NCBI RefSeq assembly: GCF_006345805.1
Contig: NC_042999.1
Coordinates: forward strand, 49,848,001 to 49,912,000
Origin: Octopus sinensis
Lineage: Eukaryota
Direction of reading: 5' to 3'
Length of the DNA: 64,000 bases
Shown: positions 38,788-51,553 of the stretch, piece by piece
Layout of the letters: every line of letters starts with the position of its first letter
How positions within the stretch are numbered: the first letter of the stretch is position 1
Notes under the pieces: generated by a model
Database searches by the model: none
What the model was told of the DNA's origin: nothing
The model's input: the letters and a program-made list of their open reading frames with translations, nothing else
Program-made: the position numbers and the translations under genes

Positions 38788-39751
38788 TAATGGATATAGT
38801 GCCTATAATGTTTAATATTAATTACATTAAATTCTTAGCAACGGCGAGAATAAAATCCATCACTAGGGAAGAGGTTTTGCTTGATATAAATGGTTAGGAA
38901 TTTATAACACTCTGTTAAATATCATTCATAAATTATCTTAGAGCAATTTAACAAAAAGAGAATATGTAGGGTGCATGTAATTTTAATTTCAATAATGCAT
39001 TTCACACAATGCTTTATGAAATATCCGCAGTAACAATTGTTCTCCGTTGGAGAAAGTTGTTAAGTGATGGATTTCTTAACAAGGATAATAAATAAGAATT
39101 TTGGATGCTTGTTTTTGTTGTTGCATCAACAGCTAACATTTTGTAATAAATTAGATATGCTTGAAAAACTATAAAAAGATAGAAACATTTTCAAAAGCTC
39201 GTTGAATTTCCTTAAATCTTTACAACTAAAATAGCTTTAGCTTTAAATAATTTTGTCTGAAAATTAAATTTTGCCGAATTTATGCAATATTATTTTTCAA
39301 AATTATTGTATCGGAGAAGGTTTAAACTTTAATGAATGGAAACAAAAGCATGTTAAAAAAGGGTTCGTTTGAATGGAAGATATTGGCAAGCATATCATTT
39401 CTGTTTTAGGATAATAATGAGTACCTGGATAAAATTTATTAGTTTACATGGCATGTTGAAAACAATAAAATGCTAGAAAGAATATAAATTCTCTCATCAA
39501 AATTATAAATAAAATTAGAAAGTATAGTTAATATGATAGTGGCTATGAGCCAAGATTTAAATTAATCTTAAAATTATTAAATCATAATTTAAACTAAGAA
39601 TTTGTTAATTATCAATTATCCAATTAATTATATCAAATCTTGTAATAAAGGAAATTGACAATTAAAAAATTATATTTAAAACTAATTATTTTCTAAGTTG
39701 TTGATATAAAGAGAAAAGAAAGGACATTGTTTTATAAGAAATTGAACTTAC

Positions 39752-39888
39752 TCAAATGACTTCAGAGAAAATTTTGTTTGGGTTCCTCGACTTGTAATAT
39801 GTTGTTGAATATGAAGGGCTGCTAAACGGAACATACTCTCATATTTAAGGTCTCCAGCAAATCGTTCTTGGACGACATCATTACAACA
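39752..39888 (-). CDS. FRMPD4: FRMPD4-like exon (137 nt, phase 0-2): CCNDVVQERFAGDLKYESMFRLAALHIQQHITSRGTQTKFSLKSF(E)
   Basis: Acceptor atttttcag|TGT and donor GA|gtaagt. Matches the FRMPD family motif CNDVVQERF...LKYD..LRLAAL. In frame with the previous exon. Confidence 0.92.
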
Positions 39889-40147
39889 CTGAAAAATGTA
39901 ATTATAAGTAAAATCATATAATGCATGATATAAAGTGACAGACAGACAGAGGTGAGATGAGAACACACAAATGATATTTAAAGATATAAAGAGCAATTTT
40001 AGACAGTAAAAAGAATAAAATATAACAGGAGAGCTGTGCCATTGGAATAGGCGACCCCAAATTAAGACCAGCATGCTACTGCATAGATTGTACTACTTAA
40101 GATTAAGGATTAGTAGCAATATTCCCTCAACCATTATTTTTATTCAT

Positions 40148-40541
40148 TGTGATACCAGTGCCGGTGGCACGTAAGATAACCATCCGAACGTGGCTATAGC
40201 CAGCACCACATTGACTGGCCTCCGTGCTGGTGGCACATAACAAACATCACCCGATCGTGGGTGTTGCCAGCGTCGCCTGGCCTCCGTGCTGGTGGCACGT
40301 AGAAAGCACCATCCAAGCGTGGCCGTTCGCCAGCCTCGTCTGGCACCTGTGTCGGTGGCACGTAAAAAGCACCCACTACACTCATGGAGTGGTTGGCATT
40401 AGGAAGGGCATCCAGCTGTAGAAACACTGCCAGATCTGACTGGCCTGGTGCAGCCTTTGGGCTTCCCAGACCCCAGTTGAACCGTCCAACCCATGCTAGC
40501 ATGGAAAGCGGACGTTAAACAATAATGATGATGATGATGAT
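40148..40541 (+). mobile_element. Family B repeat
   Basis: Four internal units, (GAT)n tail. Confidence 0.75.
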
Positions 40542-40792
40542 ATTAAGGTTATTCTTTTTTGTTATCAGTCCTAAAAGCATGACTGTTGTATTATAAACAA
40601 CACAAGCTGACCAAAGCCTTCATCATCTTTATCATCATCATCATTTAACTTTTGTTGTCCATGCTGGAATAAGCTGGATGGTTTGACCAGAGCTGAAAAG
40701 CTGGGTAGCTACACCAGACTCCTGTCTGATTTGGCATGGTTTCTACAGCTTGATGCTCTTCCTAATGCCAATCACTTTACAGTGTGTGGGGT

Positions 40793-40939
40793 GCTTTTAT
40801 GTGGCATCGCATGGACACTTTTATGCGGCACTACTTGGGCGATTTTATGTGACACCACATGGGCACTTTTACGGGAAACCACACAGGCGTTTTTATGTGA
40901 AACTACACAGGCATTTTTATGTGACACTACCATGAGTGC
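40793..40939. repeat. ~24-bp minisatellite (about 6 units) derived from the family B unit
   Basis: Repeated TTTTATGTG(G/A)(C/A)AC.AC...GGC within a decayed family B copy. Confidence 0.6.
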
Positions 40940-41360
40940 TGTACACCACGAGAGGGACCGTTCTTAATACTTCGGTTACAGAGCATGAGTCTTCTTGAGT
41001 ACAGTAAGGTGTCCGGTATCTCAGTTCTTGTGAGTAGATTTGGTAAAGTGAAACTAAAAGAAACTTGATGCATGAGAGAAAGAGACAGATATTCAGATGA
41101 ATGCTACTGGTACATACACACATACATTTTTCTCTATCTATCTATCTATCTATTAATCTATCTTCTATATTCTGTTATATGAAAATGCTAATGGGATGAT
41201 AAAATGTTTGTGTGCAAGAGAAAGATTGAGGGAGAGAGAGAGAAATTCAAATGAATACTACAGGCATGTACATACTCACACACATAGAAATGCTTTGGGG
41301 GCACACACACACACACACACACACAAATTAGTTGTGTATGAGAGAGTGCGGATATTCATA

Positions 41361-41561
41361 CGCAGAGGTGTTGAAACGTTCCTGGCTTTGGGTAAAAGAA
41401 AATACAGGAGGATCAGTTAATTATAATTTTATTGAACATATTTCCTTCTCAGATTCACACACTTATTACAGCAGTCCTACAGCTTTTCTAAGCCCTGTAA
41501 AAGAACTCAGAGTTCAGGCTTCCAATATCCTTAAAGTCAGGAACTTTTCAGCAACCCCTCA
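41361..41561. mobile_element. mariner-derived MITE
   Basis: TA-flanked; TIRs CGCAGAGGTGTTGAAACGTTCCTGGCTTT / AAAGTCAGGAACTTTTCAGCAACCCCTCA. Confidence 0.7.
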
Positions 41562-42423
41562 TATGTGTACACATACTATTATCATTAGTGTGTCTATTGT
41601 GTGTGTATCAGTAATGTTTGACTCTCGCTCTCGCTATTCATCTGACAATTTAATATATGCGATCTATTGTGATATATGTAACTTATTGTCATGAAGCTTG
41701 AACAGACATTATTTTCATAATTTCCAACATTGAAAAAGTGAGTTACATTTCTATTTTACAAGTCTAACTCATGCTAATATGGAAAACAGACGAATAATAA
41801 TAATGATAATGATAATGATTATTATTATTATTATTATTATTATTATTTATAAAGAGCTTTAATAAACCTTTTTTAGATTTTCTTTGTTGGAAGAAATTAG
41901 AATGACAGAAAAGCAAACGAAGATTGAAACCTGAAAAGTTGATATTTGATTTTAAAATAGTGAACTGCAAATGAAATATGAGGCAGAAGACTCAAATGAA
42001 ACTGGGATATCCTAAGGATCAGGTAGTAAGTATTGAAATATTAAAAATATAAACTGATTATTTCAATGAATTAACAAACATTAGAGTTATTATAATATCA
42101 ATTAACCAAGAAAAATGTATTTTTAATGCAAAAACCTAGACTTCTTCCAGAAGGTCATGCTCCAGGGTCTCAATGGATGTAGGTACCTTGCCCCTAATCA
42201 TGACAGCATAATTTTACTAGTAACTATTTAAAAGCATGTTTTAGGATAAAAATGATCTATGCTGCACATAAATTATATTGTCAAAACTGAAACAAGAAAG
42301 TATTTCTTTCAAATGTTAAGAATATGTTGTAATGTAAAATGACCAAAAACATAATTAATTTTGAACTAGATACTCAATTAGCTAATGGCAAATAAATCAA
42401 GCCTGAAAAGATAACTAAAGACA

Positions 42424-42597
42424 GGCGTAGGAGTGGCTGCGTGGTAAGTAACTTGCTCACCAACCACATGGTTCTGGGTTCAGTTCTACTGCATGGCACC
42501 TTGAGCAGGTATCTTCTACTATAGCCTCGGGCCGACCAAAGCTTTGTGAGTGGATTTGGTAGATGGAAACTGAAAGAAGCCCGTCGTATATATATAT

Positions 42598-42630
<33 letters not shown>

Positions 42631-42878
42631 GTGTATATATATATATATATGTATGTGTGTGTATATGTTTGTGTGTCTGTGTTTGTCCTCCCAACATCGC
42701 TTTTCAACCGATGCTGGTGTGTTTAGGTTCCCATAACTTAGCGATTCAGCAAAAGAGACTGATAGAATAAGTAATAGGCTTACAAAGAATAAGTGCTGGG
42801 GTCGATTTGCTCGACTAAAGGCGGTGCTCCAGCATGGCCACAGTCAAATGACTGAAACAAGTAAAAGAGTAAAAGAGA
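42424..42878 (+). mobile_element. Family A SINE
   Basis: Full-length copy. Confidence 0.85.
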
Positions 42879-45800
42879 TAACTGCATGGTGGGTCCTCTT
42901 TCAATCCCACTTTTCAAAACCCTTGTCCAATATCAGTAGTAACATCATTGTTATAATCATCACCATCAAGATTATCGTCATCATCAAGTTACCTCCACTC
43001 TCCATGTTGTTTTGAGCTGAATGAGTCATCATAACCTGAGTAAATTCTTATTCACAATTGCTGCTTCCATCAGGAATGGTCAGAAGATCATACCTTGCAC
43101 CTCTATTTCATTCTGGTATGGCTACTATAGCTGGATGCCCTCCCTAACAACAAATATTTTCAGAGTGTACTGGGCACAGTTTATCATGATACCAGCACTA
43201 AAAAGTTTATCATGTCCTTCATAAGACCAATGGAGCCTCCTGGCCTTATGATCTCCACTCATTCACCAAACACTTTAGAGAGTGTGTTTGGTGTATTTTG
43301 TCATAATGCCAGCACTAGTGAGATTAGCTTGTAACCTACAAAATAAATGTGTTTGCTACCCTGCATTGCTTCCATTCATGTAGGGCAATGTAAACAATAT
43401 ATTGAGTAGGAGAGAGAGAGAGAAAGTGCAGAATATGAATTAGGCTATACCTGTAAAGTGGCTGGCATTAGGAAGGGCATCCTGCCATAGAGACCATGCC
43501 AAAGCAAAGAAATGGTGCCTTGGCAGCTCTTCAGCTAGCGAGCTTCTGTCAAGTTGTCCAACCCATACCAGCTTGGGAAGTGGACGTTAAATGATGATGA
43601 TCATCATCATTGTAATCACTGTAACACTTCACATTACTCATATGAAATCATTTATGATCTACCGTTATCTATACCATTCCCAGACCCTAACATCAAAATA
43701 ATGTCTCTGTTACACTGCTGATAGTTTTTTTCCCTGTACCTCCATAAACTGTCCGGAGTAATTACAACAATATATGAAACAATCAAAATGAAACAGATTA
43801 ATATAAACTATGTTGTTGAGTATTTTACCAAGTACAATACACAAATTTATATGCGCAGCTATGTGTACACAATTGCACATATAGTATACACACATACAAA
43901 CTCACACATACAAATGTATATCTATCTATCTATCTATATCTATCTATCTATCTAGGAAGGGCATCCAGCTGTAGAAACACTGCCAGATAAGACTGGAGCC
44001 TGGTGCAGCCTTCTGGCTTCCCAGATCCCCAGTCGAACCGTCCAACCCATGCTAGCATGGAGAACGGACGTTAAACGATGATGATGATGATATATATATA
44101 TATATTATATAAAAGAAAGAATATATCCTTTATTTCAAAAGAAATATGTTATGTTTATGGAGAGAAGTTTCTCTTTGTTGTGTATTTGGCATAAGTTTAG
44201 AGTAAAAAGAATTATTTGTAACAAGCCCTTCAGATAAATATTTAAAGTTTTGATGTTATTATTTGCTCCTACAATTGTAAATATATTTCTTGTATTTTCT
44301 TTATTGTTACAATACTCTTTATATGTATGAATTTAAAACACTGGTTCACTTAAGTACTAACAAAATATAAATGTCTTTTTTTTTCTAAACTATGTCCTAT
44401 ATCAAAGATTCACAGATCAAAGAGTCTAAAAGAACTTAAATATGTGGTATTATCTTAAAGTACATTTTTCCTTCAGTGAATATTTATAGTAAAACTTATA
44501 TACATATACATAGAACCATGAATTCAAATCTGATTTTTGTGGGCTGATGGAACAGCCATGCACCAAATTGGCTCTGGTGAATTGACAAAGCCGTCAAAAT
44601 ATCAGATAAATGTCTTTTAGTATTTATGCCAACTTCTTGCATTTTGAGTTCAAATCCAACTGACATCAACTTTTCCTTTCATCTTTTTGAGGTTGATAAA
44701 TAAAGTACTAGTTTAGGGGAGTGAGCAGGCAGGATTATTACACTGTCGGGCTGGATGCCAAGCAGTATTTATTTTTGACCCACTGTGGATCTGAGTTCAA
44801 ATCTCACCATGTCTGTTTAATCCATCACCCAGTTTAACATCACCATCTCTGTACATTGGGTGCTTTTAGCAGAGTTCACTCTCTTACAAACATCTGTATC
44901 AAGTCTTCAGTATAGATATACCATCCTTCTACTAGTCTCAGAGACACTTTTTAAAGAGAGCCATGTCTACTGTCTTTCTTCTTGACTAAACAATAAAACA
45001 AAGGGTTTCCATGTTTTCTGATACATTATAAGGATAGTTTATCTCTTATCTTTTACATGTTTCAGCTATTAGACTGTGACCATGCTGGGGCACTACCTAG
45101 AAGGCTTATTGAAACAAATCGACCTCAGCACTTAATTTTTTTTTAAAGTCTGGCACTTATTCTATTGGTCTCTTATGAGTTCATGACTTTCATGAGTTGG
45201 TGAAGAGAACTCCTTACTCATATAGCTAAGCCTGCATCCACATTTTTAGACATATATAACACTGTGTAACACAATGTTTACCCCTGGGTAACAATTGTTA
45301 TTTCATATTTGCTTACTCCTAGAAAGTATGAAAAATGGCTAATATTTCCTTCAAACTTTGCTTTTGTTACATTTATTTAAACCCCAAAGAATCCTTCTCA
45401 ACACATGGCTATGATGCTCCCCCACTACTCCCGCTCAGGACCAGAGATGCACATATTGTCAGCAATTAAGGGATATGCTCAAATGGTTAAGGCCAAGCAA
45501 CTGACAAGCAAATCTGTGGTGTTGAGCTGAATATAGGCTATAACGATATTTTTGCTTCAGTAACTCAGTGCTGAATCTCTCTGAAATTATAATGCAAGAT
45601 AGATTTGTCTCTAAATATTGATGTCCAGGTCACAAAAGTAAAGCTTGAAGGGAATAGTAATCATTTCCTTCAATTTTTAGATAGAAGCAAATAGGAAATA
45701 ACACTTTCTGATCAAAGACAAAAAAATTGTTACACAGTGTAATCTATCATTAATTGTGCTTGCACTTATCGAGTGTTTCCAGAATTCTTTTTATGGATGA

Positions 45801-46099
45801 AGGTATGGCTGTGGGGTTATATAGGATCTCAATTGGGCATATGTATATATATATATCACAAGCCCACCACCCACCGTCAAAAATTGTGGTCACTCTAACT
45901 TCGGGACCTGCATCCACCTCATTGAAGGGACAATATATAAATTCAAATCATATCACACTTTTGTCTTTAAAAATAACTTCACCTGTGCATCAAAAAATTT
46001 ACTTTATGCCATTAGGTGTGAAGGGTGCCACAAAAACTACATAGGGCAGACTAGTCTTACCCTCAGAGATAGGATGACAGTCCATCACCAACAATTGAG

Positions 46100-46870
46100 G
46101 GATACCACACAGTACCCCTACCATGCACAACAAGCACACACAGATGCAATGCAAACCTTCCACACAAACACACACACATACATAGACACATGCATAAACA
46201 CAATATCCCCATGCTCAAGCACAAACCCACACACATTCCAAGAAAAAAACACACACAATGCAATATGATTCTGGCAATCACAACCAACACTCACATACAT
46301 ACACACATACATTAATATGTGCATGCACACACTTACACATACCACTCTGACAATTACAAGATACACTCACTCAAATACACCCACACATACGCAGATACAC
46401 ACACAAACATGCAAATAAAGCACAACCCACCTACACACATACAAGCACATACACAATAACACACACCACTCTGACAAATACAACACACACAGACACACTC
46501 ACACAAACACACCCACAGGTATACACACACACTGCACAAACAATACAAATAAAACAACTCACAATAATACACCCAAACATATGCACACACCACACAGAAA
46601 AATAACATATACACACACACGCATGCACATGTACACACGCACACTTCGCTACAACAAATATACCACGCACACACATCCAAAAACCACACCCACATATACA
46701 CATGCATACACACAAATGCATACTCAGTACAAACATGCACACCAGCACTGGCTGTCAAGTGGTGATGGGGGGAAGAAACACAGACACAAAGACAGTCACA
46801 CATAGATATATATACATACATATTTACATATGCACATGCACACACACATGCATGCACACACACTCATATA
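46100..46870. repeat. Degenerate (CA)n-rich low-complexity tract
   Basis: CA/ACA-rich; yields spurious C/V/M and H/T ORFs. Confidence 0.8.
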
Positions 46871-46879
46871 TATCATCTC

Positions 46880-47300
46880 ATCATCATCATCATCATTGTT
46901 TAACATCCGGGTTGGACGGTTCAACTGGGCTCTGGGGAGCCAGTAGGCTGTGCCATGCCCAGTCTGATCTGGCAGTGTTTCTACAGCTGGATGCCCTTCC
47001 TAACACCAACCACTCCGTGAGTGTAGTGGGTGCTTTTTACGTGCCACCTGCACAGGTGCCAGACGAAGCTGGCAAACGGCCAGGATCAGATGGTGCTTTT
47101 TACGTGCCACCTGCACAGCTGCCAGACGAGGCTGGAAAACGGCCACGATCGGATAGTGCTTTTTACGTGCCACCAGCACGGAGGCCAGTTGGGATGGCGC
47201 TGGCAACAACCACGTTCGGATGGTTCTCTTATGTGCCACCGGCACTAGTATCACAGCTACAATTTCCATTGATGTTGATCGATTTCGATTTTGATTTTCA
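46880..47300 (-). mobile_element. Family B repeat
   Basis: Four internal units, (ATC)n on the + strand. Confidence 0.75.
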
Positions 47301-48789
47301 CTTGCCTCTACAGGTCTTCACAAGTAGGGTTTGTATCACAAGAAGGAAAGGTATGCATATATAATATATATACACACAACAGGCTTCTTTCTGTTTCCAT
47401 TTACCAAATCCACTCACAAGTCTTCTGCCAAATCCTTGTAAGGATATAGTAGAAGACACTTGCCCAGGGTGTCACACGTTGGGACTACACCCTGAAACAT
47501 GTGGTTGAGAATCAAGCTTCTAACCTCACAGCCACATCTGTGTATATGTGTATATCTTACACTAATGTATATCAGTAATTGATGGAACCAGCTGAAAAAC
47601 TGATACTCTTAGAAGAAAGTCCTTTCAGATCTTACAGTTAGAAATGCAGTAAACCAGTGACTAGCCTATTAGAAATCAGTAAATTAAGATGCTATTTTTC
47701 ATTAATTCTGATATAAAACATATAAATTACATAAATCATAAAATATGAAAAAAAAAGAAGTTTGTATTTTGCTGATTATTTTAAGCTGTAGCATTTATTT
47801 CATTGTCTTAATTTAATATTTGCTTCAGTTATTATTTTTCACTAAAGGTTGGCTTATCTGTTACAGATTTTTGCTTTCTGTCTGAAATAATCCACCTGAT
47901 ACTTTCACCGATACTTTCAAAGAGATGAAAAGTTCTTATGGAGATATTATCTGTTCAGCTATGATACATCAGTTATCTTATCACTTCTGAATACAAGACT
48001 AAAACTCTGGGGGGAATGAAATTGGCTCCAGCATGATAATCTATCAGCAAATATTTTTTGAGATCAATAAAAATTATATAATGGAAGAAATATTACTATT
48101 CCGCATATGGCCAATACCTCTTAGTTAGACATCCTGTATCTTTATGGCTGGTAGCATGGCTGTGTAGTTAAGAATTTTATTTTGCAACTACTTGGTTCTC
48201 AGCTTTGATCTTACTATGTAACACCTTGTGCAAATGCTGTTTATCACAGACTTGATAAAAGCTATATTTGTGAAAATTGACATAGGAGTGGCTGTGTGGT
48301 AAGTAGCTTGCTTACCAACCACATGGTTCCAGGTTCAGTCCCACTGTGCAGCACCTTGGGCAAGTGTCTTCTACTATAGCCTTGGGCCGACCAAAGCCTT
48401 GTGAGTGGATTTGGTTGACGGAAAGTTTGCAAGATGCAACGAAAATTTTAGGATGATAAAAATAAGAAATAAGTGGAAATTTAACCAGTGAGTGTGTTAC
48501 ATTATAAGGCACAAAAAGAAAATGACTTTCCCCAGACACAACAGAATATGCTTCAACACACGAACTCATATAAAGGATCTTGCAAACCAAATCAAAAAAT
48601 GAAATATATATATACATACATACATACATATGTACACATGTTTATTATTAATCAGCAAAAGCTAGAGTCACTCAAGGACCAAGAGCTTCATGTATTGGCC
48701 CTTGGGTCACTCTATAACTTCTACTGATTATTGATTTAAAACATATATACTCTTGTTTTGAGCTATATTTTCCTCCTTGCAACACCAAA

Positions 48790-48820
<31 letters not shown>

Positions 48821-49659
48821 TTCTACTTCCATGCCAGCATGGAAAACAGACATTAAATGATGATGATCATATATACGTGTGTATGTGTGTGATGAACTTC
48901 TGCAGATTTTCCACTAACCGATTTCACTTCCAAAGCATTAGTCAGGCTATAATGGAAGAAAATTGCCAATGATGCTATATTGTAAGACTAAATCCAAAAT
49001 CCCATGGCTACAAGGTAAACTTCTTAACCACTCAGCTATGACTGATCCTCAATCTGATACATGATAAAAAAAAAAAAAGTAATTTCTAACATAAGAAGAA
49101 ATCAAAACGATTTTATTATGGGTATTTTTGATAAAAAAATGCACCTCAGTAAATGACTGTTATTTTATTTTATCAATCCTGAAAGAATGAAAGGGGACGT
49201 TTACCTTGCAGATTCTGAACTCAGAAGATAAAGAGACATAACCTAACAGCATTACACATTCTGTTTGCAGCCCCAAATATTTTTCCGGAATTGTTTTATT
49301 TTTTTCAGTCTTTGAATAGTTTCAGCCACTGATTTCTAGCCATGTGTGACAGAGCCATCATAATGACTAGAGTACTTAGCATAGTAATATCATTGGCTGA
49401 GTTTATCTATTGAATGGCTGAATAAAACTATTTTCCAGTTTTATGACCCCTTAGTGATGTAAACACTTGCAAAGAATTTACACCAGTATTTACAAGACTC
49501 TCACAAACATATTACCATTTATTTTCTTCCTAAAATCCACAACCCCAACATCCCTGGCCACTCCTTTGTTTCTGCCTGTAGTTGTCCCACAGGACTCATC
49601 TTGAATTCATCATGTAGTCCTGTTAACACAAACATGATTTTCTCTCCATTTTCCCACCT

Positions 49660-49792
49660 CTATCTGTTTTTTCTCTTCATTCCTTTCCTTCGAAGAACAT
49701 AAGCTCAAAAAGCCAAAGATGTCTTCCATTTTTCCAGAACCTCAAACTAATACACCATTTTTGTTGTTCTTTCACCTGTCAAAATGCCTTTT
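49660..49792 (+). mobile_element. Penelope-like pLTR fragment (family copy 3, more decayed)
   Basis: gaagaacataagctcaaaaagccaaagat...aactaatacacc...cacctgtc, homologous to copies 1 and 2; ends in (TA)n. Confidence 0.45.
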
Positions 49793-49809
49793 GTATATAT
49801 ATATATATA

Positions 49810-50081
49810 TATATTATATTAAATTAGAGACAAAACCACTATTAGGCAAATCATACAATGAAAAACTTAAGCCAATACGTAAGATTATTTAATTTATATT
49901 ATTTAAATATATAACAAAATTATTAAAAAATATAATTAATATTAATTAATATTAATTATATTTTTTAATAATTTTGTTATATATTTAAATAATATAAATT
50001 AAATAATCTTACGTATTGGCTTAAGTTTTTCATTGTATGATTTGCCTAATAGTGGTTTTGTCTCTAATTTAATATAATATA
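49810..50081. repeat. Perfect 272-bp palindrome (136-bp arms, no spacer)
   Basis: Centre between 49945 and 49946; the arms read as exact reverse complements (AGAGACAAAACCACTATTAGGCAAATC... / ...GATTTGCCTAATAGTGGTTTTGTCTCT). Confidence 0.92.
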
Positions 50082-50817
50082 ATATTTTACTATAAAATTG
50101 GATTCAATCCTAAATCTGATTTTTCCCTGTAAGTTTGGATTTATTCCCTAATATTTATTATATATATATATATATTTTTGTATATTTTTCAATATCATCA
50201 CCATCGTCATCATTTAGCATCTGGTTCCCATGCTGGCATGGGTTAGGCAGTTTGACTGGAGTTTGTAAGCCAAAGAGTCACACCAGGCTCCAGTTATCTG
50301 TTTTAGCCTGGTTTCTGTGGTTGGATGCTCTTCCTAATGCCAACTACTCCATAGAGTGTACTGAGTGTCTTTTACATATCACTGACAAGTGTGCCTCTTA
50401 TGTGCCACCAGGATGGGTGCCTGTTATGCATCATATTTCTTTAATGCCCACAAGGGGCTAAACATAGAGGGGGGCCAAACAGGTAAATAGGTTTACCTGT
50501 TCCACTCCTTCAAATTTCGTATATCATCAACATCATCGTCATTGTCATCAACATTTAACATCCACTTTCCATGCTGGCATGAGTTGGATGACCTGACAGG
50601 AACTGGCAAGGCCAGGGGCTACACAAAGATACATAATTTGTTTTGGCTTGGCTTTTATGGCTGGGTACCCTTCCTAATGCCAACCACTTTACAGAGTGAG
50701 TCAATTTGTTCTTTACAATAAATTTGACTCAACTTAGAATAGCATCACATCACAAATAAATGCTCAGTTATTACTTGTGAAAGCACTTTGAAATAATAAC
50801 AGTATTCTAACATTTCT

Positions 50818-51334
50818 ACTCTTTTTACTTGTTTCAGTCATTTGACTGTCGCCATGCTGGAGCACAGCCTTTAGTCAAGCATCCCAGGACTTATTCTTTG
50901 TAAGCCTAGTACTTATTCTATCGGTCTCTTTTGCTGAACCGCTAAGTTACGAGGATGTAAACACACCAGCATCGGTTGTCAAGGGGTGTTGGGGTAAAAC
51001 ACAAACACACAAACACACACACACACATACACACACACATATATATATTATTTTTAGATATAATTGAGTTACTAAAATGTACTTGTGTTATTCGCTTCGG
51101 CTGTTTCCATAAACGCATGTGAGTACCTTAATTATATTCTCTCGTAAGCTCAACTGATGAGGAACGAATCCTTATGTGGTTAATTCCGAAATTGATTCAA
51201 TATTGAGATAACGAAATTTAAACGTTCCAATGGTTAGTTGCCCGAATTTCAGTTCAATTTTCTGTAGCAAGCGGATTAAATGTGGAATATCAGTATATTG
51301 GCTTTAGAATAATCTTCTTTAGCCCTTGCTTATA

Positions 51335-51391
<57 letters not shown>

Positions 51392-51553
51392 ACGAGCTTC
51401 TTTCAGTTTCTGTCTACCAAATCCACTCACAAGGCTTTGATTGGCCAGAAGCTATAGTAGAAGACACTTGCCCAAGGTGCCATGCAGTAGGACTGAACCT
51501 GGAACCATGTGGTTCATTAGCAAGCTACTTACCACACAGTCACTCCTATGCCT
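50818..51553 (-). mobile_element. Family A SINE interrupted in its TA tract by a ~290-bp hammerhead-bearing insert
   Basis: SINE 3' half 50818-51047, insert about 51048-51336, (TA)n, then SINE 5' half 51389-51553. Confidence 0.85.
51142..51214 (+). ncRNA. Type I hammerhead ribozyme with intact core
   Basis: Stem I CTCAA/TTGAG (extended by TCGT/ACGA), CTGATGA 51154-51160, stem II GGAA/TTCC, GAAA 51188-51191, stem III ATTG/CAAT, cleavage triplet ATA ending at 51202. Confidence 0.85.
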
